Source: Squalus acanthias
Lineage: Eukaryota
DNA length: 64,000 nt
Direction of reading: 5' to 3'
Assembly (NCBI GenBank): GCA_030390025.1
Contig: CM059425.1
Span: 177,818,001 to 177,882,000 of the forward strand
The position numbers and the translations under genes were made by a program. Shown here one piece after another: positions 14,117-28,109 of the stretch (positions within the stretch are counted from its first letter, which is position 1; each line of letters opens with the position of its first letter). Below the pieces are notes generated by a model. The model was not told the DNA's origin. It did not search any database and saw only the letters and a program-made list of their open reading frames with translations.

Positions 14117-14237
14117 AAAGTCTTAATAGCATGATCTTTCAGCGTGGTGGGGAAGCGATTTCAGGTCCTGCAGTGTGATAGTACACTGCCTTTTGCAACT
14201 AGCTCAGACTGATGAGATGAAAATCTCCTCTGACTGT

Positions 14238-14720
14238 CATAGAACCATAGAGGTTTACAGCACAGAAGGTGGCCATTTGGCCCATCATGTCTGTGGCAGC
14301 TCTTTCCTACAGCATTCCAAAACTAATTTCATTGCCCTGCTCTCTCCCTAACTTTCACTTATGAAGCTTTCCATGCTCTTTGCATAAAGAAGTTGACAGC
14401 CCCTCGTCAATGACTCCCCAACCAGAGGAAATGGTTTAACCTTATTCACCCTGTTAAAACCATTCATAATTTTAGAAACCGCTGTTTAAATCAGTTAGTT
14501 TACTCTGCATTGGCAGTAGTCATAGTGTCTCCAGTCTCTCCTTCAAACTATAGTTTCCCATCCCTGATATCATCCTAGTGAATATACACTGGCCACTCTC
14601 TATGGCTTTAATGTCTTTCTATAATGGGGCACTCAACTCTGCACACTGTCCTGTAACTGTGGTCTATTCATTGTCTTGTATAAATTTAGTGTTACGTCTT
14701 TGCTCTTGTACTCTATTTAT
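14238..14720 (-). mobile_element. Old CR1 3' fragment
   Basis: CR1 tail (catagaaccatagagg...ggccatttggccc) and degenerate ORF2 3' sequence. Confidence 0.6.
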
Positions 14721-17489
14721 AAATACCCAAATCTGTAAGAGACCTATGTGAGCTGTGTTTGACCAGTGTCTGGTAGATGTTAGTTCATGGCACTAAAGAA
14801 TTTATAATTAAAGATAATTTAATACAAAAATGACAAGCTCACTCAGGCTACAAGAACTGGAAAAATTGACACTCGTCGAGTGTTTTTTGAGGTTAGAATT
14901 GAGGCATGTCATTGGGATAGAGTACAATGAATGCTTCTCCATAGGTAACCCATGATATAGTGAGCTGGGAGCACTTGATCCTGACACGGTGTTAAAAGTG
15001 GAAAAGCATTCCAGTCTCATTGATCCTCGTCAAGGTGAATAATTTCAAAGTGGTCTTTCAAAAAACTCTGATTTTACCGGTTGAGCAACTGAGTATCAAT
15101 CCCTTGGTGTATGGAGAATAATGTACATTCAAAAGAATGAGGAATATTATACCAAATGTTGGTAAACTGCTGACTCTGCATATATGGTAAAACGGGTAAT
15201 TTTATGGATTAAAAGCTTGACATTTTAACTGAGGCTTGATAATGTTTCAAAATGTCTGCATTTGGCATAGATTGACAATAGTAATTGTTTCCCCTTCACA
15301 TCGAAGAATAAGTTTTGTCAGCCTACCAAGATTGTACTAAACATCCCTTTCAAACATTTAATTTTTCTTTTAATTTTAACATTCCTATGTAACTCTTGCA
15401 CCTTTTTAAATACAATGTAATGTTTTTCTAATGGTGTTTTCTCTTTCTTAAACATTTAAGTGGGGTTTTTTCCTGGAGATTCAGGAAAATGGGATGAATA
15501 CTGGCTTAATATTTAGGTTCTAACTCCTGATATTGTTTCGGGTCAACTGGGGCTGAGCATGAAGGTAGAAGGCTGAGGATGTTCAGCAACTGAAACTTTT
15601 GCTGAGCATTGGTAAAGTTGCCTAAAAATTACTTCACTTTTATCTTATCAGTCTCCCATTGATAATAAACAAAGGCTCCAAGGGAAATTGAAACTCAGGC
15701 GACCAGTCTGTAAATTCAGAAAACCCAGAGTATTTTTTTAAATGGGGAGCTAAAAGTGATATGTCAGGATTTTTTTTGTATGTACAATGTTAAGCAGCAA
15801 CAGGTTTTAAACCATACTTGTGCAACTAAGCAATGTAGCTGATCAGGATTTTAAATAAATAAAAAAAACTGCAGATGCTGGAAATCTGAAACAGAAAAAG
15901 TTAGAAACACATGCAGGTCAGGCAGCATCTGTGGAGAGAACAGAGGCGTTAACATTTCAGGTAATTTTGTCTTTGTCAAAAATACTATACAAAACCCTGT
16001 AGGAGGAGGTTCCTACAAAGAATGGATTACATGCGAACTGAATGATTGATTGGAAGAGTCATAGAAATGAACAGTACATAAATGTATTGATTATCAGTCT
16101 TTCTTATCCTCAACATTTTCAACCCCAAGTTGCGCTTGCCATAGAATCCCTGCTGCAATGTGAATCATATACAGCTGTTTATGGCAGGTCAAAGCCCTCG
16201 CCCCTGCCCCGCACTGCTCAGAAACACATATGGGCTATTGTAATGCTGAACATCATCTGTTTATTGATGCATGCTGGCTGCTGTTGTTCACATGGGAGCG
16301 AGCGGATGTCCTGGAGCATGGGGAATTAATTGAATTATTCAATCTGGTTCAGCATCCATTAAAATTGAGTCCTAGAATGTGTTGTTTTTAAAAGCAGCTT
16401 TCCCATGACCATGCAGGAAGTGTTTTTTTACATAGTGGTAGAGAAAGACAAATTACACATGGTAATTATACACTAATATTATTATGCTACCTCCCAAATA
16501 GCTCAAATCCGCACACAGCTGAAATTTTTAGCCTAGGAAAAGGGCTTTACAGAATAGTCTCAATTTGTTTGAAATATGGAGACAAAATTAAGTAGAAATG
16601 GAGAGGATAGTTAGATGGCTGTTATTTATGTGACCTTTGGGGAAACTACTGCATGTCGTATCTGCATTCTGCATCTTCTCTCTACATTGGGCTTCACAAA
16701 ACAGATTTACATGGATGCTTTAAAAACTTTTTTTTACAAATGTACATTACCTAAAGTCTGTAACGTAATTTTTAAATTAATAATTAGCTTGATAGGAAGC
16801 TGGGTTAGTGCCCCACAGTGCTTTTAAAAGTTTATTCTATGTTACATTTGCATTCCAGCTCATAGAGGGGAAGTTTCAATCTTAATGGAATGCTTTGGAA
16901 AACCCAAAACTACATTACAGCCATGAATCATTCTCACTTGATGTCATGCCATAAAATTTCTGATTTTCTTGTCATGCTATCAGATATTTACTGACATCCA
17001 CGTGCATGGTCTCTGATGCCAGATTCCGGCTACACATACACTGTAAGTAACTGCAGGGTCCAGGCAAAATCAAATGCTTCACACCGACTCTTAAACTGGA
17101 GTGTGGATGCAGCCTAAAAAGTGAGAAAGAAACTTGTATTGCACCTTTCACATCCCCAAGTCATCCCAAACACTTGGGCAATGAATTATTTTTTGAAGTG
17201 CTGTCACTGATGTTTAGGCAATATAACAGCCAATTTGCACACAACCAACATTTGCCATAAACCGCAATGAGATGAATGACCACTTGATCTGTCTTTAGTA
17301 GTGTTGGTTGAGGGATGAATGTTGGTTGAGGGATGAATGTTGGTCAGACATCCGGAAAATACATTTTTGAAGAACAGCATAGGACATCCACCTAAACAGA
17401 ATTACATAGAAAGTACAACACTCCGTGTTGGTGTTTACTTCCACACTAGCAGAAGTCCTAATTCCCTGCTCTGTTCCCATATACCCATC

Positions 17490-17792
17490 TTTTTTTTATT
17501 TGTTCACAACTGAGTGGCTTGCTAGGCCATTTCAGAGGGCTGTTAAGAGTCAACCACATTGGAGTCACATATAGGCCAGACCGGGTAAGGACATTAGTGA
17601 ACCAGATGGGTTTTTACGACAATCATGGTCATGGTTACCATTACTGATACTAGCTTTTTATTCCAGATTTATTTAATTAACTGAATTTAAATTCCACCGC
17701 TGTCGTGGTGGGATTTGAACTCACATCTCTGGATCATTAGTCCAGGCCCCTGGATTACTAGTCCAGTAACATAACCAATATGCTACCATTCC
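17490..17792 (-). mobile_element. tRNA-derived SINE (second family)
   Basis: Minus-strand head GGTAGCATATTGGTTATGTTACTGGACTAG...GAGTTCAAATCCCACC with A/B-box-like motifs. Confidence 0.65.
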
Positions 17793-18745
17793 TGGTATCT
17801 AACCTATTCTTAAATGTTGTCATAATCTCTGCTTCAATCACTAAATTCTTCAGAGGATATAAGCTGCTTTTGCGTCCGCTGTGAAGGTCAAGTTGTAGTC
17901 ACATGATGGATTGTTAAGTGGCTCATGAAAATTGCGCGCTCCTTCAGGAACCACTTAATGTTGTTTTGCACAGAAAAATTACTATTGAATGGCCTGTTTT
18001 GATGATGTAACTCTCTTGAGAATTATTTAGTTTGTCTGGGAGTGAGAGCTGCTCCTGATGGGCGTTTCCATTGGTGAGAGGAGAGGGAGTGACGGCTGCT
18101 CACAGATTCGCTTTTTGTCCACTTAATTCCCAAAATTACCTGATCGTTCCCTCACAGGTAGGCTATAGACTTAGGAAAGATGCAGCGAAAGTGGAGGGGG
18201 GGGAGGTGGGGTGGTGGTGAGGAAAATGGAAAAAGGATCAGATTGGAATAGAAAAATTACCACATGTACTTACCTAAAATGGCTACATACACCAGCTATT
18301 ATTTGGAAACTTCATTGCCTCACACAGGTTCCAACACAGCCTAAGCTGCTAGCGGAAACCCACCCACACTCTGTGCCCATTGGCCTCCGTGCCCACCTAT
18401 CAAAGCTCCACCTCCTTTTATTGGTGTGCTGGTGCTGACCATCAATTCTACTTTCCTATTTTCTCCCAGGTTGCTTACAGCAATGGCCAGGACAATCTGG
18501 GAGAAATGGCAAAGCTAAACCGTGATTCTTAGTTGTAGCGTCATAATGTCACATTCTACTGACATCATGACTTCAGTACTTCACAAATGCACACTGGCCA
18601 AGTTGCCATAGTCAGTTTTAAGATCTCTGAAACATCAGGATCCACAGGTACAGCTAGTTTACAAGAAGATCAACTGCCTTATCAACAACTAACTCCAGGT
18701 AAGTGCTACATTTACAGGCTGCTTTCCCAAGACTGGAGCTATAAT

Positions 18746-19502
18746 GGGCCAGAAATTCGGCTCTTGTCGGGTGAGTACGCACTGTGTACTCACCCGTAAG
18801 GCCACCTGAAGTGCCGGTTTCACGCATGCACTCCGCATGCGCGGGAAACCGGAACTTCCGTTCCCCTGAAGGAAGGGGTTCAGGAGTCGAATGCGTGCGC
18901 GGGAGAGGCAGCGCGCACGCAGCGAACTTCGTTTTTTTTTCAGGTTTCTCCGTGAGGGTAAGTATGGAGAAGCTGCACATTTAAAAAGGAGGCGCAAGGC
19001 CTGTTTTTAACAAGGTAAGTGGTTAATTAATTACATTTTTTCAACAGGTTTATCTTTTTTACATACTTTAAAGAAAGGTAAGTTTATTTTTAGCACTGTT
19101 TAAAAAGTTTAATTATTTTTTTCAAAAATTTAAATTTTTGTTTAAAGTAGTTAATTTATGTAATTTATAGTTATTTTAAAAATGTGATGGTTTTTTAAAA
19201 AATTATTTGAAGTTTTAGTGTGGTTTTGGGGCCGATCTCTATTCATAGATTTGACGGGCCTTCCTGTCAAATCTATGAATGAAAATTCCCTGCTAGGATT
19301 GGCTCTCCATGGCCCAACGTGATCCCAGGGGACGCTTCGAACTAACTGCGCCCCTGGGATACGCAAGCACTGTGCGCCGGCAGCTGCAGGAGGCCCAGGA
19401 CCCGAATTCCTCGTGGGCCCGAAGCACAACGGCAGGCGCGGTAGGTAAGTACGCACGCAATGCTTGCACCCGCAGGAAGCCGGAGAGCCGATTTTCTGGC
19501 CC
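18746..19502. mobile_element. CpG-rich Harbinger-type MITE in AP3S1 intron
   Basis: TIR GGGCCAGAAATTCGGCTC / GGGCCAGAAAATCGGCTC (17/18); flanks AAT/ATT. Confidence 0.85.
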
Positions 19503-20745
19503 ATTTATAAAAGCAGCTTGAGAGTGATCAAGAGTTCATTAGAATCCAGTAAGAGATTATTGACTGAGGATGTGTGCAATTTACATTTAAAACACCTTGG
19601 TAATATTTTTTATAACTTCCTGTTTTTGGGGAGTCGCAGGGCAGGGACAGAAATTCTTCCATTTGGTAATTAGGTCATGGAGCTGGCTTTTGTTGATACC
19701 TCCTTCTGATTCATATCAACCAGAAGATGCTGATGAAATTTGTTCTGGCTGGGATGAGATCTGTTATTACTGTTCTTGCTATGTGCGCATTGTAAAGTGC
19801 TTGCTAGCATGTGCTACAGGAATGTAAAAAATCGAGTGACTGAAGTGGCCAGCGTCTGGGTAGTCATGTAAATATTGCTACTAAGTATAACTGATTTATG
19901 GTAGAAAATAGACCACTTTAAATTCTCTTGAGGGTTAGCCATTGAAGAGGAGCAGGGATATGAAATGGTAATTTGAACTCTTCCTTGCTGGTATCTTAAC
20001 TCTTAGATGTACTTATCTCCCCTCTCCCACCACTCATTCTGCATTCTATAAACATGCCTGTATGTTCCCCAGTGACTTGCTCTACTACAGTATACTGTAG
20101 CTGGTGGGTATTCAATAGGTAAAATATCTTACCATATACAGGCGTGAGAAAAATTACAACAGCTTTCTGATTCTATCAGTAAAATACTGTACGCAGGTGC
20201 TGAATGGTGTTAAAAGGTGTCCTGCGCGTTCCTTAATGATTGTTGGTAAATGTGCCATACAGACCAGGAAGGTCCTGGGTTCGACCCTTGGTCTGTGCTG
20301 TTAGCTGACCTCTAAATGGGCCCTACAATTGGCTTTGGCATTTCTGGGCAGGGTGGGAGAAAAAACATTACATTTCCCACTCCTGATTGCTATCCAGTGA
20401 CCTCAATTGGAAAATGTTCCTGTGAGCATCAGGGAGAACAAAGTTAAACTTATTCCCTCCATGGATGAATAGTAAACTGCCACTTGCTGTTTCCGATTTA
20501 AAAAATCACTTCTTGGGTGAGGTACTGGGACAGCTGGCACCATAGGATTATAGCCCAGCATGGGTCAATGCCTTCAGAAGTGAAATGGGAGAAAAAAGTC
20601 TGTTTGTGGTGGAGCAGTTCATTCTCTACTATTTGTGTATAACAATAAAAGGTGCATTTTTTTCCCCTCAAAGTGGTCTTGAAATCATTCTTCACTTTCC
20701 AAAACTTGTGACCTTTCTAGCTATTTCCATTCTTCTCTCTTACAG

Positions 20746-20804
20746 ACCTTTATCTTTCAGTCTCCCAGACAGGACAGATAAATACTGTTACTATAATCTC
20801 GCAG
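20746..20804 (+). CDS. AP3S1: Candidate AP3S1 alternative cassette exon; codes TFIFQSPRQDR* (CDS 20746-20781)
   Basis: Strong acceptor ttccattcttctctcttacag|ACC, phase 0 with the upstream exon, stop TAA at 20779-81, donor GCAG|gtactg at 20804/20805. The peptide matches my recollection of a short vertebrate AP3S1 isoform C-terminus. Confidence 0.7.
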
Positions 20805-22977
20805 GTACTGCAGCCTTTAAATGGCCCGCCATAATTCCTCCTCTTGTTGTTCACAACTAGAAAGCAAAATGATGTCATCAGAGTAATGGGCCACTTGTGG
20901 GGGAACCATGGGAAGACAGCTCATTATCATACGCCTCCTGGTAGGGACGTTATGAGGTTTAGATGCTAAATTCTTCCGATGATCTTAATTCTTCCTATAG
21001 GTTTCTCCTCATTTTGTTCTCCTACTTGCAGACTTCATTTTGTTTTCTCTTTCTAGTAATTGCATGCACGCAGTATAACCTGTAGAGTGTGTCATCAGAC
21101 TAGCAACATGAATCTTTCTCAGCCGTTGTGAGTTTCATCCATTCATTACCTAATAGTTCTCCTTTTGAGAAAATAAAAAGGGGTTGGTTTAACTTGCAGT
21201 AGTCATTAACAATGCTTTCTCACCCATCTATAATTTTGACTAAAAGCAATTGAAGTGGCAAAATGCTGCATCATAAATTCTGATACAAGACTGTCTAAAA
21301 TCTGCTCATCACCTTGCCTGATGATGAGGATTTCTTTCTCTACATTTTTATTTTCTTTCAAGCTATGAAACTCCCTTAGAATCCATCTGATATTGTTTTA
21401 CTTAATTTATAGTTTTTCTTCGGTCAATTGTGTCATCTGACTTTTCACTGTAGAGTAATTTACTTAATTCTATTTTTTATGTTTAATTTCCCTCCTACAT
21501 TTCATTGTCATCCTATTGTGCGTGCTGTTTGTGCAATCATTTTAATTCAATAAACTAATTTTAATTTGTGACATGCTGTTTAATTTGCATAAAGACCATT
21601 TGATAACCATAGTAAAGTAATTCCATCAAACTCTACATACTGCTCATATACCTGGTGTGTTCTCTAATTTTGAGCCTGACATTTTTCTAAATGATTTTTC
21701 CATATTTTTTCATTTGCTGTGAGCAAAGCATTAGTTCTGTGCATCGCTTGTTATGATGTTGGATGAACTCTTACAGATGAATTTCCAGAATGTGTTAAAG
21801 CTGTTGGTGACTCCCTTGCTTGAACACTGCATGAGCTTGCCCCGTAATAATTTTTGTCTTTTTAACTTTCAGTGCATGACTTTAAAAATATTGTTAGAAC
21901 AAATGTAACTACATGAAGCAGGGTATTTTGTGCAAAACCTTTATGGTTCTCTTATGCATTGTGAGAAGTTGCTTAATTATGTATTTTTTTTTAATTGCCT
22001 TCAACTTGGGATGTCTACATTATTTTGTTTTGCTTTCTTCAATTTTTGTCGAGTACTAGGACTTCTTCCAAGGTGGACTTGAACACTTAAAGAAGAGTGT
22101 TCTGAGGTTAAAAACAGATCATGCTGGAAATATACAAAGATCCATCAACATCTGGATGGTTAATGTTCTGGATAGTGTCCTTTGTCACAAAAATTCTGTC
22201 AGATCAGTTAATGCTTTCCTAAAGGAAATATCCTTGCCTGCTTAACCATATTTTTCCAAATGATTTCAGACAGATATGGATTTGTTACATCACAAAGAAA
22301 TTCTTTGTCTTTCATTTTCATCCCAATAACTATGTCCACTGATGGAATCAACTAAAAAAAAATGTTGCAATTTGAAACCGTGCCCAGAGGATGGTTAGTA
22401 TCCTCTTTTAGAGTATAAAAGTAGGAGTGAAGTTGAAGTTTTACTTGAAGCAGTGATAATTCGAGGAAAGCACAACAAAAATGGTCTTCACGTGGTTGTG
22501 GTTGAAGACGGTATTGTGAAATCCTGCCTCCACTTGTGCAAAATAATGAACAGCCCAGGGATATTTTCTTTCTCATATGATAATGATATCTGTTGGGTAT
22601 TCACTAGCTAAGTGAGTTCTGACCATCTCTAGTTGATGTCCCATAGACTTAAACTGGTGCTTCGGATGTATTAAGTTCAGTCTTCTCTGTGTGAAATAAA
22701 CCAGTCACTGTGCAGAGTTAGTTATTGTTGGAGCAGTACAGACGGGTAGAATATCCCACTGTAAGATCCATTTACACCATTTCACCAGGGCTTCCACTAA
22801 TCTTACGTCAAAGTTACAGTGTGAGATTGGGAGAACCCTTGTGGTAATTACTGCTGAAGGTTTCTAAAACTCTCCCAAAAAAGCACCAGAAACATTTAAT
22901 ACCAGTGCCATTTTCCTAGTGGGGAGAAAAGGGATCAAGTAGAATCCAGCAGCACTATCTACATTTTTTTTGTAAAG

Positions 22978-23438
22978 GTGCCAGCCTTAGCTTAGTGGTA
23001 GAACTCTCACTTCCAGAGTCAGAAGGTCATGGGTTCAAGCCCCACTCCAGGACTTGAGCACTTACTCTAGGCTGACACTTCAGTGCAGTGCTGTGGCAGT
23101 GCTCCACTGTCTGAGGTGCTGTCTTTCAGATGAGACATTAAACCGAGGCTCCATCTGCTCTCTGGTGCATGTAAAAGATCCCACTGCACTATTTCGAAGA
23201 CAAGCAGGGACTTCTCCCCGATGTCCTGGTCAATATTTATCCCTCAACCAACATCACAAAAAACGATTATATGGTCATTTATCTCATTACTGTTTGAGGG
23301 ACCTTGCTTTGTGCAAATTGGCTGTCGTGTTTCCCTATATTACACCAGTGACTACAGTTATTTTTAAAAAGGCTGTAAAGCGCTTTGGGATGTCCTGAGA
23401 TCATGAAAGGTGCTATACAAATGCAAGTTTGTTCTTTA
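22978..23438 (+). mobile_element. DeuSINE (SacSINE1-like), near full length
   Basis: tRNA head, TAAACCGAGG...AAAGATCCC core, tail GTGCTATACAAATGCAAGT. Confidence 0.82.
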
Positions 23439-24350
23439 CTTTTGTTTAAATACTGTTTTTTTTTCCATTTCCAGAATAATCATATATGATGAATTAACTA
23501 AGAAATCATACAGCACAGAAGGAGGCAATTCGGCCTATCATGCCTGTGCCAACTCTCTGAAAGAGCTACCAATTAGTCCCACTCCCCTGCTCATTCCCCA
23601 TAGCCCTGCAATTTTTCCTTTTTAAGTAGAGTTCCAATTCCCTTTTGAAAGTTACTATTGAATTTGCTTCCCCCACCCTTTCAGGCGGTGCATTCCAGAC
23701 CATAATAGAAATATAAAGAAATATCGCAGTATTTTCAGATGGACATGATCATACTTATTTCATTATACAGATCGCAGAAGGTTTTTAATAAAATTTTGCA
23801 GCTCTTTTAAGACAATAATGTGGATATCATCTTTGTAGATATTGAAACTGCTACAAAATAAAGTGACAGTACCTTTTTTGTAGAAATGGCCAAAAATATT
23901 GAGAAAATATCCCATGGTTCCACTGAAAATAATGCAAAATCCAAACCTTTCCAGTTCCTTGTCATAGAAATATTCTTGGGTTATTGAGTGAATTACATGT
24001 TCAAACCTTGTGTTCACTGCAGTAACTTAATTGGTTTATTACACTTTGGATATTTCAGGTGCCTGAGGCATGGTTTCCAGTCTGTCTAAAGAGAAATTAT
24101 GGAACATTTTTAGTGCATTAAATTCATATCACTTCAGAAGCTGGGGGAGGAAACATTTCCACTGTTTGCTATTGACACCAAAAATCATGACCGTGTGTAT
24201 AAAGAACACATCTACAATTTTGTTGTAATTAGTGAACAATGGAAACAGTCTCAAGTTTTTTCACCCAACGAATCGATTTCTGAATTCGAATTTTGTGTTC
24301 TTGAGTACTCTTCTACTAATTACTATCTTTTAATTTACACCCTTATATAG

Positions 24351-24479
24351 GCTGGCCTAGCAGGAGCTCCAGCCAGAGCTGTATCAGCAGTAAAGAATAT
24401 GAACCTGCCTGAAATTCCTCGAAATATTAACATCGGAGACATCAGCATAAAAGTGCCAAACCTGCCCTCGTTTAAATAA
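24351..24479 (+). CDS. AP3S1: AP-3 complex subunit sigma-1, last coding exon
   Basis: ccttatatag|GCTGGC...; translates AGLAGAPARAVSAVKNMNLPEIPRNINIGDISIKVPNLPSFK*, the sigma-3A C-terminus. Confidence 0.95.
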   Translation, partial: AGLAGAPARAVSAVKNMNLPEIPRNINIGDISIKVPNLPSFK

Positions 24480-25740
24480 AAGACACGCTGAACTTCCAGT
24501 TTGAAATGGTTTCACAAAAGGTTTACCATGCAATTGTCTACCAAATAAAAATATCTAATTCGTATTGAAAGATATGTTGGAAAATTTTATTCTAAATTGC
24601 ACCAGTAAAACACAAAATGCATTTGTTGTGCTTGATTTATTTTAAATCTGATCAGTTTCCTGTGTAATGTCACATTTACATCTACATTCCGGTGCTCTAT
24701 GAAGTGACTTTTATTGTGTGCTGGCTGCTATTTAAGAGAATTATTTAAGATGATAGTGACTTTGTACAATCTATGCTATTAAACTATTCTTTGTATATCT
24801 GATGGATTCCATATAAGCAGTAAAGCAAACACTCTTGACTATTTTTGGGATATTTGTATTTATTTAGAAGTCTATTGAATAGTGGAGCCAATGGAAGCTT
24901 GTATGATGACGAGTTTTCCTGTTGCAGTATTATGACGGCTAAAAAAAATGAAATAAGTTTATCAGAACTTCAAATGTGGCGGTTATGTCATCCTTTCCAG
25001 TCCAGGACTTGCTGCAGAATCCAGCTTCAGCAGAACAGTAATTTGCAATATTTTGTTGTGTGTGTATTCCTAATAACATTTATGTGTATTTAGAGTTAAT
25101 GTAAACAACTTTGGACCAGATTAAGGGCAGAAATCATTGTGGAGTTTGGCATTAGATTTTAAAACACAAGTAAAACAGAACATATGATTTTTTTTAAATA
25201 GCATTTTTTCTTGCCTGGGGTGGAAAGGATACATGTCATAATGTAAGTTTGACCTGTAGTCTGAGTTTCATTTTTATAATGGAAATGCTAGTCCAGTAAG
25301 CACAATGTTAACCCTATGCATTACTTGTACAAACACTTACAGAACAATTGTGAAATATTCATTGTTTAGAAATATAACATGTATTTATGACTGGAAGATT
25401 ACTTGAAGTTAATGGCAAAACATTCACAAATGACTTGTATGAGGTGGGAAAGAAACAAACAATGCTTATTGAGTTGAAATGGAAGAATTTGATGGACATT
25501 TGCATAGATGGAATTTGCAGATTGTGGCTGTGGTGGCTAAATACCACAACTTGAAATGGTTTGCAAATCAGCATATTTACAACCTGGAAAGAACATTTAA
25601 TTTAGTTTTAAGTTTCATTGCAGTAGAATATGTACAAAGTAGTGAATACATTGATATTGTGCAGCAAAACAAACAGCTTGTGCCTGTATCACCCTTTTTG
25701 TTACATGATTAATAAAGTTGTAGTTACTTTTGCCTTGATG
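24480..25740 (+). other. AP3S1: Probable AP3S1 3' UTR with candidate polyA signals
   Basis: AT-rich sequence with no recognisable repeats after the stop; AATAAA near 24544 and at 25711. The true 3' end cannot be determined. Confidence 0.5.
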
Positions 25741-26869
25741 GTTTGCAGTCTGAAGTCACTGGCATCCATCTTTGCACATTGGGGGAATTTCCACACTAGT
25801 AAAATGCCTGTAATTTACAAGCCAAGTATAAACACCGCTAGGAGCTTGCAACACAGGTTATGAATTAGTTAGATAATGCAAAGTAGGAGAGACTTGATTT
25901 GTTGCCTCAATCTAGCTATTTGATATGTAACAGAAAGCTCAAGACAGTGAGTTAACATCCTGAAAGTTTTCCTAAGATGGATGAATAAAGGCAAAAATAT
26001 TCATCCAAAATGTAAGTTCTAATTTGTGTATGTATGTCATGTGAAATTAACTCTTGATGTACTTAATTAAGTTTAATTGTGTTTATTATCATGTTATGAC
26101 ATCCTATGAAATGGCTCTGTTTTCAGTTCTATGTACATTAGACCCCAACTTGCATTACTTGCAAAAGGGGCCTACCACCTGAAACACCCAAGCACTTCAG
26201 CCGCCCAGCAGTAGGAGCCTATGAAATGGCAGGGGGCTGACTGGCCCCGTTTACTGCTGAATTCAACAAGTTAAAATCGACCCCACTATAACTGGAACTA
26301 ATACTGTAATAAGAGGATAAGAAAGGTTTAATTAAGGTTAATCTCTCCCCACTGTGCAGTGCAGATAAACAATCACAGTTTTTCCTTAAATCACTGGTGA
26401 CATTTTTGTGATAACCCGTTTTGATGAATTAAGCTTATGAAATATTCAAATTTGAATATTTCATATGTTTGTAGTTGATGGGTATAAATTATAGTACAAG
26501 TGGCTGCAGAAGTAGGCATACATAGAGACAGTAGAGACCTGAGTTACAGGTACTTTTAATATTTAATCAAATATATTATTACTGTTCTCATTGAGCCTGC
26601 TGTTTGTTATACTCTGAAATGCTCTATTAATCTGAATGACAATTAGTCATCCTTTTCACCAATTTGGGTTCAGCTTCCACTAGAGTGACTATTCTAAGTT
26701 ACAAGGTAAGTAAGTACTTCATAGTAATTGCATTACTACTACAGTGCTGTGCCAGTGTTAGAACTTTAATACAATTTCACATCTTGTAATCAAAGTTACT
26801 TTGTGAAATTTTGCTAAAAGTCTAAATTCTCAAAATGGTCTCTGTGCATTGTTCTATTTATTTGTTTTC

Positions 26870-27530
26870 TAAAATCACTAAAAGCTAGTGCACAGGTACA
26901 CAAACTAATGAAAAAGGCTAATGGAATGTTGACCTTTATCTCAAGAGGGTTGGAATTCAAAAGTGAGGAAATGATGCTTAAGTTGTATGGAGTATTGGCC
27001 AGACCCCATCTGGAGTACTGCATTCAGTTTGGGCAGTGAACCTCAGGAAAGATATATTTGCCTTGGATGGGGTACAGTGCAGATTTACCAGAGTAATACC
27101 AGGATTAAATTATGAGGACAAGTTACAAAAACATGGCTCTTCTGAGTTTAGAAGGTTGAGGGGTTATCTAATTGAGGTGTTTAAAATGATTCGATAGCGT
27201 AGATAGAGACACCATTTCCTCTGCTGGGGGAATCCAGAATAATGGGGCATAATAAAATTAAAGCTAGACCATTTAGGAGTGAAATCGGGAAGCATTTTTT
27301 AACACACAGGATAGTGGAAATCTGACACTCTCCTAAAAGACTGTGGACGCTAGGTCAATTCAAATCTTCAAGACTAAAATCAATCGGTTTTTCTTGAGTA
27401 AGGTTGTCAAAGAACATGGAACAAAGGCAGGTAAATGGAGTTGAGGTACAGATCACCCATGATTTAATTGAATGGCGGAACAGGCTCATGGGCCTGAATG
27501 GCCACCTCTTGTTCCTATGTTTTTATGTAA
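26870..27530 (+). mobile_element. CR1 LINE 3' fragment
   Basis: AGACCCCATCTGGAGTACTG (RPHLEYC) and CR1 tail GTTCCTATGTT. Confidence 0.85.
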
Positions 27531-27944
27531 ATGATGCATAATGTACTTGTCTTTGGATTTTATAAATCCTGTACTACAGGTGAAGCAATTTTAACATAGT
27601 AGTACAGCAGTTGCCACCAATTATGTCTATTACCAATCACTTTCACTTCCCTTGCATAGCAATTGAAGTGGCTGAACAGTGTTAAGAGTGGCATAGTCTG
27701 TACTGCTTTAGTGCTAATTTTCCATTAAGAGAATAACATAGGTTATCATTAGTGATTGCTTGAAATTCAGCTATAGTGTACTAGCATTTTTAGTGATATT
27801 CTCACTGTAGTTATAAATACACCATACAAAAAGTTTGAAATGTAGCTTGCCTTGATTGTTTACTTGAAATCTGAATTGTAATCTTTACTCCTCTGTACCT
27901 GTCTCAACCCCTTACCTATCATTCCCTCTTGCAATTCCCCTATA

Positions 27945-28078
27945 TCCTTTCTCTCTCTCTCTCATACATGCCCTTGCTAGATCTCATTTGTCCTCTGTCC
28001 CCTCTTTCTGCATCATTGTCTCTATCATTCCTCCCTCTCACTTGTTCCATCTCTCCCTTTGTCTCGTATTCCCTTCCC

Positions 28079-28105
<27 letters not shown>
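27945..28105 (+). repeat. (CT)n / polypyrimidine simple repeat
   Basis: CT-rich tract ending in a perfect (CT)n run at 28079-28105. Confidence 0.85.
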
Positions 28106-28109
<4 letters not shown>

